Assembly: GCA_004431415.1 (NCBI GenBank) | Contig: QPMI01000125.1 | Coordinates: 9,428 to 73,427 of the forward strand | Length of the DNA: 64,000 nt | Reading direction: 5' to 3' | Source: Cyanophora paradoxa CCMP329 | Taxonomy: Eukaryota > Plantae > Glaucophyta | Part shown: positions 1 through 12,852 of the stretch, one piece after another | Position numbering within the stretch: the stretch's first letter is position 1 | Layout of the letters: every line of letters starts with the position of its first letter | Translations under genes and position numbers: made by a program | The notes under the pieces: model-generated | What the model was told of the DNA's origin: nothing | The model's database searches: none | The model's input: the letters and a program-made list of their open reading frames with translations, nothing else

Positions 1-3000
1 GACAAGGACGACGCGCACGACGCCGACTTGCTGGCGCTCATCGACCGGCTGCCCCTGTGCGAGCCCTGCGGGATCCTCTCTAATTTAGCGATCTACTTTA
101 ATCTCGAACCCCTCTCCAGGGTGGACCTACGTGGACTGCCGCCCCTCGCAGACCAGGAAGAGGACGAGGACCCTCAGACGGCCTGTGAAAGCCCCCCGCA
201 GGTTTTCGGCGATGCCGTGCGGGCTCTGGAACGCGTCTGCTCCGCCGCAGTATCGTGCGTGCATTTCGATCTTTGCGGTGTCCATAATGCTCATGCGTCT
301 GCTCACTGTGCGAGGACGCAGCCCCCTCGTTTCTTCCCCCGACATCGACGCAGCCACGAGCTCCGGATCCGGTTCCTCGCCCTATGCCCCGCCACCCCCC
401 GACAACCAAGGCGACCCCTTCGGTAATTATAAGTCGCGTGCGCGTCCTCGTGTACCCGCTTCCCTCAAGGGGGCGTAGGGGACGGCGAGGACGGCGCCGG
501 CCTAGGGTCGCGCCGCTGGTGCTCGATACTGGACGGGGACCCTTTGATGCCAGCCGAGGCAAGCATATATACCCGTTCCAGGGCTTTGCAACCTGGCTTC
601 CCTTGAAGATTATTCGCCTCAGGATTCCACCCCGGAGACGTCGACCCCCTCGGCTTGCCCCTCGCCTACCTTTCCGGGCGCCGTTCCCCCCTTCCCCGCC
701 AACACTCCTGAGGATGGCTACAGGTGCGCCAGTATTGCTTCCAGTCTCTTTTATGTTCAACGTTGCGGGTTATTTGACTTGCGCTCAATTTTAATTGATC
801 CGACAGCTTTGCGGACCCCATGATCCTTCGGGCCCCGGCTCCGGATCCGGTGTGCTGCGCATGTTGCGTCTTTGCTGCCGCGCGCGGGCGTGACGGTACG
901 GCAGCCTCGGCTGCCCCCGCCAACGGCCCCCGGGATTGTCTACCCTCTTTTCATTCAGGTAAGGGTCCCGATACCAGGTGGGGCCCTCGCCTCGCTGTCT
1001 CAAGTTGCGGGGGTACGCAGAATATGGAAGAGGCTGTATCCCCCGAACAGGCAGCGGCCCTCGCTGCCCGGTGCGCCCCCGCCACCCCACTCGCCCCCGG
1101 CCCCCACCTCCCCTCTCCCCCACCCCCCACATCGCCCCCCCCCCCCTCTTCTCTTCCTAATTGTCACTTTCCCCCCCTCCTTTCCTCCGTCTCCCCCTGT
1201 CCTGGCGCGCAGGTGCGAGGCCCTCGCGGCGGCTTGCATGCGGGAATGCGCAGAGGACAGTCGCAGGGAACTTGCCGAGGTCCGCGACAACAGAGATTTC
1301 CATAGAATTCCATCTCGCATCCGGCGTCTTTAGATTTGTACTGTCTAATCCAAGTAGTTCCCTCTAATAATTAGCTGGGGCATATCGTGGCCCCTCCCAT
1401 TCTCGGCCTCCCGCCCTGGCCTTTGGGGTTCACAGGGTCTCCCAAGCTAGTTCTTATCGTATATATAACACTTCGTTACGTAATTAATAATTGCGAGGCC
1501 ATCGGTGTCGTTTCGTATTCGCAACAAGACCATCCCGTTTTCAGAACGCCCTATGCAGGCGAATTGGCGTCGCCCTGAGTGGGTCGCCCCTGACCGGTAC
1601 CAACTTTTCTCCTCCCGGCCCGCAGAGCTTGCTGGACTTCCGGCTGCTGGCCACCGAGCTATACACGACCCCCTATGGCCGATTCCGTGCGTGCCCCGAA
1701 CTCATATGTAGAGCTCGAATGAGATCACTTCAGTAGAGTTTACTTGCTTGAAGTAAGCAATTCCCACCGAAGCTGAAATCGAGCGCCTGCCCCGCCGCGC
1801 CAGGCTTCCACCGTCTCCTGCACAGCCTCTACGATGTCGGTTGCCAGGACCTGGCGCGCCCAGCCTCCCGGCCCGCACCCCGTGCTGAAAGTACGGTCTT
1901 TACCCTGCGCCTTACACACGCTCGATCGCCGGCCTAGGTTGTCTCTTATGTATCGTCCCTGCACCGCGCCCTTCTGGCCCACTTCCCCCTGGGCCGGTGC
2001 GCGCGCTCTCGCATCCGAAGCTCGAACCGGCGGCCGCGGGGTACGCAGAAATACCTGCCAAATATCTGATGAATCACGCAGGGTCGACGTCGAAAACACC
2101 GCCCGCTCCATCTTGAATTTCATTCAAGTGCGCTGATTTTTTGGGGTTGAGAGATTCGGAGACCGTGGTCCCGCCGGCCGGGTTTCGGGCGCCACCCCCG
2201 ACGGCTCATCGTCGGCCTCGCCAGGTCATGACGGGGCCGATCAGCTCTGTCCCGATGGACTTCTGTGTGATTCCAGAGGAGAACGTTCTCCTGGCGAGCG
2301 CCCCGGAGCGCTGCCTGTATATATACGTAGCTATAGCTATGCATCAGCAAGAAATTTATGGCGGCGGTTGGCCATGGATTGACACGAACCGTTCGGCAGC
2401 TTCTGAGCAAGTCCCGCGCCCTCATCCATGGCCAGTCCGTCGCCGTCGGGGACGAGGTGCAACCGCCTACCCCACCCGCGCGCCGTCGGAACCTCGCCTC
2501 CTCGCTCACTTGAAAATAACTGAAATCAGCCGCCGTTGATCTACATTGAGTGGCTGCTGGAGAAGGGCATGGTCGACTTCAAGGTACCTAAATATTATAA
2601 AACATCGACGGCGGCAGCGCAATTCATGCGGGTTTTATTTTTCGCCTGATCTTCGAATGCAGTTCCAGCGACACAGCGACGCCATCGAGTGCCTGTGGCA
2701 GGCGTGGAGCGAAATCATCAGGAGGTGCGGCCGTCGGCGTCCCCGATGACTCTCCCCGGAACATTAATCGCGATTTCGACGCCGCGCGTGCGCCACAGGC
2801 AGCTGAGCCCGTGCCGACTGGAGGCACGGTGGCCGCCTTCCCCTCTCATCCCCCTTCCCCCCTCTTCCGCTTCGAAATTAATCATCTTTGACCATTGGAT
2901 TCAGAATCATCGCGAACTTGCTCAGCTTCGTCGGTCGGCGGAATTTGATGCTTGCGCGCTTTCTTCGACTGTGAGAGCCTGCTTAGACTGCGCAACTCGC

Positions 3001-4350
3001 AGCTCTTGTCCCCAACAACATTACAATGCTTCGGGACATGAAGAGCAAGGTCTACTGGTGAGGTGGAAACTCTCGGAAATTTGAGGAATATTGAAGAGAT
3101 TATCTAATTTTATAATCCCTGTCAGGTATGAGGAAACAATGGATGACGCTATGGACGAGGCCATGTGCTTACAGTGTTTCAGTGCGCTCTATTAATATTG
3201 CATAATTATAAATAAGCAAAACGCAAAAGCAAGAGAAATGGATAACAAGTTGTACTCCGTGACTCGCGCCCCGGGCCTTGGGGCATGTGCCTCCGTCTTT
3301 TTGTTGGCATTTCTTTAAATTCGCTCCCTGACCATGTATGTCAGGCGGCCTTGAAATCATGCGACACCGGTTTGCCGCGGCCGCGCAGTACGCGACTCGT
3401 TCGGTTGAAGCCTGGCAGGTACGCATGCTGTGAAAGCTTGTAATTGTTGACGAGAGGCTCCTGTATTTGTTTTCAGTTTCTGAAACCGTTGCAGCGGGCA
3501 TCCTCCGCAGGACCGGCTTACCGGCCGCTCGCGATCCGAGCGATCCAGTACCGGGTCCGCCTCGGCGTGGCTGTTGGAAGCCCTTCGGTCGCGCGCGCGA
3601 ATCTGACGATGAACGCGGCCGCCCGGCGGGGCCGGCGCCTCCGGTCCGCCCCCAGATGTATGCGAACATGCGGATGAACCGCCTGGCCTCCGCCGCGCAG
3701 GACTGGAAGGATATTTTCAAGCTCCTCAAGGTCCGCGGCGAGATCTTCGGAGTACTAATATTAATCGCAATCTCAATTCAAATCCTGCCGCTCTTCTGTG
3801 TTCACAGGAAACCTGCAGCGTTAACTCACACTACTGGTCCGCGCCACGCTTGCCTCTTCATAAAAATGCGGCGTCCCTGCCATGCTGATCCAATGCTGAT
3901 TCCACATGCGCAGGGACATTTTGTTCATTGCGAGGTCTCGACCCACGGCGCTGATCAATTTTACTGCTCATTCGTTTCCTTTATTGACCCGTTTTCACTC
4001 TTGGCTCTCGCGCACTGCGGCAGGTTTATGCGGGAGTCCATGCCGCAGTACCCGGGCCCTTCGCAAAGGGACATCGCGCGCCTGTTTCGAGCGATTTTTG
4101 TGTTTATGAAGGTGCACACTCGCTTATCGGCCTGCTAGATATTCTGTTTCTCGTCCCAGTTTCTAGTTTACCTCCCATCAAAGTAAAAGTAACACTAGAG
4201 CTTTAACGCGTTCCGCTCATATTGGTATTTACTCATTCGAGATATTCATGGATATCCCCCGCGGCCACAGATTACGGACGGAAACGACGAGACACCCCTC
4301 CGGGGGCACGCGCTCATGCGGCTTGGCGAGTTTTACTTTACTACAGGTGC
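1..4350 (+). CDS. Partial multi-exon gene of unknown function (5' end outside window; boundaries approximate)
   Basis: Series of short open segments bounded by (c)ag| and |gt(g/a)/gc sites, e.g. CEALAAACMRECAEDSRRELAE (~1213-1280), VMTGPISSVPMDFCVIPEENVLL (~2225-2293), YANMRMNRLASAAQDWKDIFKLLK (~3660-3730). No recognisable domain. Its 3' part has a diverged copy at ~18.3-19.9 kb. Confidence 0.35.
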
Positions 4351-5030
4351 GCGGCCATCGCTAATAAAAGCAGCTGTTAGAAATGGCTGACCGGGGCCTC
4401 TTCTGGCCGGCGCAGGCGAGAGGGAAAAAGCGGCTCAGTGCTTCGAAGAGTCCATCTCGCTCCTTCAGGTTCGCAAGCAGTCCGACACTCCCCGATCCGC
4501 GAAATCTTTATTCTATATCAATCTTTCTTCGTAGGGTCGCTTTCCGCTATGCTTCTCAGACGCCCACCCGCGGATCGTCTCGACGCGACTCTTGCTCGGT
4601 GTCGCGCGCGGTAGTCTGCACCCCTCCTCCATGCCCTCCATCACGCATTAGGTTGCAGTAGGTAGGGTTCTTGTCTGAACGTCAGCTTCAATTGCATTAG
4701 ATTATGAACTATTTTCGACGCATTCGATTGCATTATCATTACTGGGGCGATTTATCAAGTATGTAGATTTCATGTCCCTATGTAAATAGCAGACATTCCA
4801 CCAGAGTCGATCGCGTCTTCCTTGACTTCTGCCCGACCATCGGCCGGCGACAAGCTGCTATGCAAACGCGCGTAGAGACTGAACGCTACCTTTCAGATTT
4901 CGACGCGCGCACCTATATCTTGTTTGATTGAATCCGATTGTTCGACCTTCACGATCATTGATCAGTAATCGCGCCCGCGGGGAAAAGTTGCCAGCTGCTA
5001 CAACTGACGATCTAAAGCGCCCTGCTGCGC
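4075..5030. repeat. Dispersed repeat, copy A (uninterrupted)
   Basis: Segments 4075-4140, 4350-4760 and 4770-5030 align by eye with 18300-18365, 18459-18878 and 19626-19885 (e.g. cgcgcgcctgtttcgagcgatt; gattatgaactatttt; caagctgctatgcaaacgcgcgtagagactgaacg). Confidence 0.9.
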
Positions 5031-5699
5031 AATGTGGCACAAGGCCCGCCCAGGCCACCCTTTCCCCCCAAATGCTCGAGCTCTCTGCAGGGTCCGAACG
5101 CGAAACACAAAAATCTTTTTCGGGCAACCTCCTGCAGTTGGCAAAAAATGCGATAATATATAATGCTCTTGCAGCGCCACTGGTGCACTACTGACTTTTT
5201 AATTCCAGGACTGCTCCCGCTCCTCCAGGCCATTTTAATTTAATTAATGAAATGAATTCCAGGCCACTCCTACTCCGCCGCGACTCGTTTGTTGGACTGC
5301 TTGTAGGGGCAGGCGAGTCAAGTTATATATACCGATAGTGTTGCCAGCCTGGTTTCCACTGAGTCGAGCCACTCGTACCATGTACCCCAGTCAGTAGTCT
5401 TGCTGTACCCTCCGGGACCGCACCACGGCTCCCAATACAGCCCCACCACCCCTCGGGGCAATCTCGCGTGTAGCGCACGGGCTGGGAACACAGCTGGGCA
5501 GCCACAGCACAGCAGAGCGGGCCAACAAGACCAATAATAATAGCATGCACTGGACAGCATGTGCGTGATCGATATCGATCTCTGTTAATGAGAGCTGTAC
5601 GATATAGAGAATTGTAACATATTTGCATGCAAGCGCATATACGTTGGTAGCTGGCCTGCAATTGCAAGCGACGCAAGGGATCGATGTATAGCAATAAAT

Positions 5700-8600
5700 C
5701 TAGCGTTCAACGTGAAGGAGCCAGCGGTAAGCGGCCGCTTTGACGGCCTCAAAGACAAGCCAGTATGCAGGCATGACGGCCACGTTAGACCACGGCGAGA
5801 GGGCCTCGATGCCGTAATACTCTAGGGCGGCCGCTCCGTCCTCAAGGCAACGTCCCGCCGATGCCATTCTAACATCAAAATCAAAGCTCGCACCTCACAA
5901 TAACACATGAGTAGTGTCTACAAAAATGCGCACGCTGCTGGGCAGTCCACAAAAGAGAGATCGGCGAGTTCTGAGATGCAAAGTGCGGCAAACGGATACC
6001 TGCACATGCGCGTACATATGCGCAGCTCTTGCGGAAGTACAGCTAGTGCAACGTGAGCGTAAATGCACGCGCACCGGAAGAACAAGATATAGTGAAGCCA
6101 TCTCCACATTGCTGGGATTGAGGGAGCCGGCGGGAAGAAGCCGGCGAAAAAAGAACCCTGAGGGCGAATTCGAAGATTGATATTGAGATCTAATTATCAA
6201 AGTAGAAAAGTACATTTGAATGCGATCGCAAATCGCCTTCTCTACTCAGTACCCGTACGATCTCAAACATCCATCTCATATATGCAGTACACACCTGTGC
6301 GAGAACAGCGGAGGAGATAGCAAATGCGTCATTGACATTCTGTGCCAGCGTGAGGAGTCGTGCACATGGGTTACGGAAGCGATTCGGACACAATCGAACC
6401 TTCAGCAGCAAGACAAGCATTTCCACAAAGGACTCTGCGGTTAGAGTCCAGAGAATCAGGGCGATGCTTGCACTCCAGAGTCTCGAAGCGCTGCGCGTGC
6501 AATGCGTGGCGGAGAATTAACGTTGGTGCCGGAAAACGTCTCGGAGGCATGCACATGGATGCACAACGAACGCCCCTACCTGCCGTAGAACAACTTGCTG
6601 AGTGGAGAAAGTATTAGGAGACTACCAACGTGGATGAAGCATTTTAACGTCGTGTCAACGACGACGCTCGCAAGATGCCATGTTGCCGGCGTAGCCATCC
6701 CATGAGATCGCTCGCGATAGTACAGATTGCGATCGTTGAAAAATTGCACTGCGCCTCCCATCGCTCTGCGCACAAATTAAATGCCATAAGTGACAACTGA
6801 AAGTTTCCGAATATACAGCGGCAGTGCGGAAAAGACGTCGACTGCACCTAAAATAGACATACAAGAGCAAAATGTACATGAGCGAAAAACGAAGCCAAAT
6901 GGCATCTTGAGAGGCGGCTAATTGAAACCTATTCGCAGCAAGTCAGATTTCAAGATCGCCAGTAAATTCACGAATATTCCTGCTGTTGCGAATGTCAGTC
7001 AACCGAGCTTACCAGCACGTTCCGACGACGAGAGCCAGCGCCAAGTTGCTGCGCCCCCCGGGACGTGAACGCACAATCGTAAGGGATGCAAATTGCAGAG
7101 GCAGAAGGATCCCTAACGAACCTTAGCACGGCAGATACGAGCCATTCCTTCCTTCTCCACACGGTTTGCAGCCGGCGTTCCAAGTAAAGCTTCAGAAGTC
7201 GGCCGTTTGAAACGTGCCTGGGAGCTCGGAGTGTCGATCGAGAGGAGCTGTGGGCGAGGTTCATGACCGCGATCGCGTCAAGGGTCGCGATTTTCAAATC
7301 GCTTTCGTCATAAGCATCCGCAATGCAAATATCGTTGCAATTGCCGCCGTGGTCATTGGATCGGCCCACTTTCGATCTGACATAATCATTATAGTACTTG
7401 GCTAGAATTAGAAACTCTTTCTGTACCTACCGAGGCGGTCCGAATTCTCGACTTGCAATGGCAATGAGAAACTCAGCGGGGTTTGCGACCTGCGGTTTGC
7501 GGTATCCTAGCGCCCCTCCAATTAATGACGAGGCATGTGTGATAGAATTTGGTTGTGATAGAATATGGAAAGAATAATTTACCTAGTCTTTCGAAGTACT
7601 GTAAGACCTTCGAAGATTCTACGCCGACCTCCCCTGTAAATGTATCGATATTGAGTTTAGTATCTATGCTCCAGCTCCGCTCTAGATCTACGGTAAGCAG
7701 CAGCTATAACGCACCGAAATATGCGGTGCTACCGGCACTGTCCAGAAGAAGAAGATCGTCGAACATCTCGAACACTTGCCGCGACGGCTGGCTGCATATG
7801 CATATGGGCACACGCGCGGTGTCTTTGTCAGGCAAATTGAGCAAGCTCCGGGTCGGTCTCACTGTATTGTAGCCACGATTGCCTGTCTTCGACCTTGAGC
7901 GACAGATCGCAGAAGCTGGAAACAAACAGAAGAGAATCGGTTAAAGCAGCGGATATAGACACGTAAACGTAAAGCTTCCGAAGGCTCTTAGCAACATTGC
8001 ACGTGGCCTCGCCCTCACCTTTACGACTCGGAGGGCAGACATCGCGTCCAGCCCCGTTGTGGGCTGCGCATTGTATCTTAAGTTCGGCGGTGCGAACTCT
8101 CATTGCATAATGAAGAGGCCTGCTACTCATTATCAAGCTCACCTCGTCGAGGAATAGTACTTTTGGATCCTTGACAAGCTCAATTGCAATTCCAGTTCTC
8201 TTGCGCATCTGCAAGCGAGCTTAAGATCTCGAATACGATACATTTGGCCGTGCAGTTCTTGTCTCCCACCTCTGCTGTGATGCCGCCCGTCTCAAAACAA
8301 CCGATACGAAGATCTCCCTCGTTCAATAGGTCAAGCGCCGCGAGCGTTTGTTCGACCTTTTCCGAAGTTCAACACGCGCTGGCGATGTAAAGATCACCAC
8401 TGCTTACTCGATCGGAAATTTCGTGTGTCGAGGTGGACCTATCCAGACGAGTTGCAGCTGCGAATGCCACAGCCTCGCGGATCGTCTGCCGTGGCCATGA
8501 AAGTGATCAAGTCGCGAGAAACCGCTTTTGGATTCATCTTTGCCGAACTTACAGCAGTGGCTAAGAAAACCTCGCTTTGTTCCACGTATCCAATAAGACG

Positions 8601-11600
8601 TTCATGATTTTCGTGCTCGCCGAGTGGGAGTCCGCACAGCCTACAGGAGACTCAAAGCGCTGTCAAATGCAACTCTGCCAGAGCTTGCTGTCTTTTCCCC
8701 GCGCACCGTATCTCGCCTGAAGTTTTCCCAATTGTCTTCCGATCGCCAAGAATGTCTAAAAGCGTCTGGCAGCGCCATATATATAAGAGGACGACGATTA
8801 AAGCACAGGCCAATGATACATATATGCATAGGCACGCAAATGCGAATTAAATGACATACCGTTTTCCCTGCTCCAGACGCGCCAACGAGGGCTGTGAGAC
8901 TGCCGGATCTGTAGACAACACATTTTCCAATAAATATGTGGAGCGGCACAGTTCCATAATAAAACTGGCGAAGCGGACCGGACGTATCCGCAAGCATCAT
9001 GAAGAATGCGGAGAGGAGGCTGGCCTCTTCCCGCTCGAGGCAGCTGCGCTTATGAGCATGTGAATAAAAACTAAAACGAATACCGATCGCGATCGCAAAC
9101 ACCTCATAAGAAATTTGCTTCCAAGTCAGAGACACTTCCGGTTGTAATTGAGCACGAGAATGGACGGAATTCCCGCATTCACATGCACTGGATCCGGAAC
9201 CACATGTGCACTTCGGTGTGAAGTTGGGAAAATCATCCTGCTTCAAGTTCTCCTCGACGGCCGTTGCAAACTGGACTCTCAGCTGGATGCCAGCTCCCCC
9301 TGACGGGCCCTGTGGCGCTTGTGCAGGTCTTGATGCAATGGGCGCGCTGAGCGTGCACGAACAAACCGTTAGTTAGACTTGTGTTCGATTACATATAATA
9401 TACACAACTATGCGATCAGATCTAGAATTGTATTCGACAATACATATGCTGACCTGCAGGTGAACCTCGATGCTGGCGGCACATAGATCTTCGGTCGCAG
9501 GTACAGCGCGGCCAGGCAGGCCACCACCGCCCAGAAGAGCCAGTGCCCGAACAACATGAGAACGTTCCAGTAGAAGAAAGCGCCGTCAGTGTGCATGCCG
9601 AACTTTGCGAGCACTCCCGCGCCGCCCTCCGGATGGTCTTCGAGCTGGAGCGCTGCGAGCTCGCTGATCGCCAGCGCCTCGTGTGAAGAGGATAAATAAG
9701 ACAGTGGCAGCGCCCATTTCCACCAGCTCGGAAGCTGAGGGCGCGGCACCAGCATGCCCGAGAAGCAAAAACTTAGCGCGGGCACAGCCAGAGCCAGTGT
9801 AGATGTGACGTCAATGGAATCGATGGAAAGGCTGAACGCCCTGTTCATCGTCACATAGGAACAGAAAGAAAGCGAAGATGGTGGACTACGCACATAATGG
9901 ACATCTCGGACGTCGCGCTCTGTAAGAGCAATACGAAGACAAATCGTGCAAACTTTACAAATGATGCCGTTCTACGAAGCCCAGAGATCCAATAAGAAAT
10001 TATCGCGAAGATTAGCGCTTCGAAGAAGTAACGCCAGAACTCAACGAAAGTTTCCGCCAGAACCCACTGCAGCCGTGCGGTAATGAGAATCTTTGAGTCA
10101 TAACTGTTTGAAAGCACTGACCAGCACCGGGTGGTAGAGTTGTTGATCATTTTCGTGATGCATTATGCGCTTTCCATTATAAAGGTTTGTAATCTGCACG
10201 TGCACATCAAATTAAAAAATGACGATCGACAGTGATTACGTAGGCATTTAGGCAGTAGTCGCCTTGGGCTCTGGAATATATATAGCTAAATATACCACGT
10301 GTGCAATATATATTGGACACAGCCACACTGGCATGATCATGAGCTAACGCTTACCTTCGAGATTGGAAAAACGGCAAATGTGAGGAGGGAAAACTGCAAA
10401 AACGACAGGCTGTCGATAGCCCCCAAAACATGCGTTCCTCCAGCCTTTGATTTTTGATTAGCTTAAGCAGCCTTTTAAAGACACCAGAGCGCACGTTGAC
10501 GAAGAGCGAGCCGAGTAGGAGCGCTGCGGCTACCGCGTTCCCGAGCCTGTGCACCGCGAGCTGCTTCTGCTTGATTCCAAGACTCCAGGTCCGCCAACAG
10601 AGTAAGCGAAATGCATTGAAACAATTCGGATATCTGGCGGTAGAGTTTCGCTCCGAGTCCGTGCTTGAACCCCCGAATTCAAATCCCCTTTGGAAGATTG
10701 CGATCGGTGCATCGAATTGGGCGAACTGCGTTTGGTGGTTCACGTACGAGCATTCGGATTGACAGCCAATTTGATAGCTTATTGCCGGGAGAGACAAACA
10801 TTTTTCGCTCAGACACACTTCCAGCAGAAACTCCTTCGATTGACCAGCGTCGTGAGTTGCAGTGAATTGAATGTAATTTAAAAAAGAGGTTAGATTGCAA
10901 ATCAAATCACGAACTGTAGAAGAGAATGACGGGCTGCGCTTGAAGCTAAGTCCTTCGAAGTAGCGGCAAGCATCGTCTGCACTTGGACCCTGTAGGCTGT
11001 GAGTTCATCGTGACGCGCCGGAGGTTCAATCGACGTCACGCAAATTAAACTCGCACCCTGTAAACACAGCGACCAGAGGCCAGAACGATGATCTCGTCGA
11101 AGAATGAAACCATTTCCCTGCACGAACGCCATTGGATTTCGTTCCTTCGATGATAGTTACGCAAACATAAATATAGCCCACTCCGTGGGCTGCAAAAGTG
11201 TACAGCAGACGATCATCCCCCGAGAAGCCATTGACTTGAGTGCGGCAATTACGCTCAGCGCCGCGGAAGCGTCAAGCCCTAAATGAGCAGATTATGATTA
11301 GCCCCTTTTCGTCGCGTTTAAAGTTGGAAAGAGCTGAAGCTGAAGTTACCGTCAGTCGGCTGATCTAGCAGAATGACGTCTTTCCCGGCCTGTATCAGAA
11401 TTAATATTAGTCGACACGCAAGAACCTCATGCAGGCATTTAGTGACTGAATAATTTGAGTCCTTCACGCGCACCATGGCTAGACCTTGAGCAATCGTGAG
11501 TCGCCGCCGTTCGCCTCCGGAAATACCCCTCGTAATCGAATCGCCAACCATCGTTTGAAGCGCCCCCTTTAGATTGACGACGTCGGCAACAGCGTAGACC

Positions 11601-12852
11601 TGCAGAGACGCACATATAATAACATAAACATACATTTTCACGCATAGATGACCCTAACACCTCTGTGCGTACCCTCTCCTGGACCCGAGCCCGGTTCGCA
11701 TCCCGAATGGCCGCACTGAACTCGATCACCTCTTCACCACTTGAATGAGCTGTACGTATACAATGTCTAACATAAGTATGATCATGAGATCGCACAGTAA
11801 CCGCACCAGAAGTTATAGGCGTGCTTAAGATTATAACTATGCATGTTATGGCCGCACGCACGGAAGTAAAACTCATCGCTCTGGGGAACGAGGACAACCC
11901 GTCGCTTGAATTCTTCGAATTCGCCACGTGCACAACAGCGCGTGAATGAAACAAGCAATAGCGGCGTTATTGAAAAAGTGCTCGTAAGCACCCCACGAGT
12001 CGCTCCAAACCGAAGTCGAGCCGCTCTGGAGGCGGACGTTTCCGCGCACTTCTCCGTTGGTCCTCAGGGGCTCGGTCTGATTAGCGAGGATGCGCAACAA
12101 AGCTGACTGGGAGTTCGAAAATAAAAGGCATTAGCATAAATAAAAAAATGCGGATTCGTGGAAATTTCGTGCACATGCTCTATTGTATACTATTGTCTAT
12201 ATACATATATACAGAACTACGCATCGCTCGCACCTTCCCCGCCCTCGCTGGGCCGAGCACGAGGGTCATGGTTCCAGGCTGCAGGCGCAACAGCTTGTCT
12301 TAGCCAGCGCATGTAATTTGTAGGTGATTGCAATTGCTCTTGCTCGTTGAATGTATAGCTCGTTGCATATGTATGCACACAAGAAATGCAGAAAGAGGTG
12401 GAGGCACTAGCTCTAGATCTAGATTTGGCGATAAGGCTCGTTATGCGAAAATAAGCAATATCGTACGCACCTTCAAGCTGCCTGAGATGGGGTAAAGGAC
12501 TTGCTGGCCTGAGACCTGATACCCGCCTTCATCTGATCGCAACGACACCGATCGAAAGTCAAACTCATACGAAAAGCAGCTATATATCGTATGAAGTCAA
12601 AATCCGATGTATACATGCCTTAGCAAACTGAACACGTGCATGGTTATAAGCTTAAGGTCACAAACCATACAATAGAGAAGGAAGTTGGACTTCTTGCGAC
12701 CGCCCTTTGCCACCGACGTCGATCGCGACGAGGGCCTGTTTCTCTCTTTTGCCTTGGAGAATGCGTATGATAGGGTTTTCCACATGTTCAGGGGCGTTGC
12801 CCGCGACCGCGGTTGTTATGCGCGCAGCTGCGCAGACTGACTGTGGCTGCAT
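5700..12852 (-). CDS. Full-size ABCG / PDR-type ABC transporter (NBD-TMD-NBD-TMD), many introns
   Basis: NBD1: PGTMTLVLGPARAGK|S (~12235-12280), RGISGGERRRLTIA (~11490-11530), VILLDQPTD|GLD, CTLLQP. NBD2: LTALVGASGAGKT (~8860-8900), GGITAE|MRKRTGIAIELVKDPKVLFLDE|PTTGLD, QPSRQVFEMFDDLLLL. TMD motifs include FSGMLVPRPQLPSWWKWA. The last exon ends ...AYRWLLHVER-stop at 5700. The start codon is approximate. Confidence 0.93.

Noticed and set aside
1620-1700. YTTPYGRF as a Ty3/gypsy reverse transcriptase fragment
   Set aside because: There is no YxDD or other RT motif nearby, and the segment is flanked by splice-like sites.
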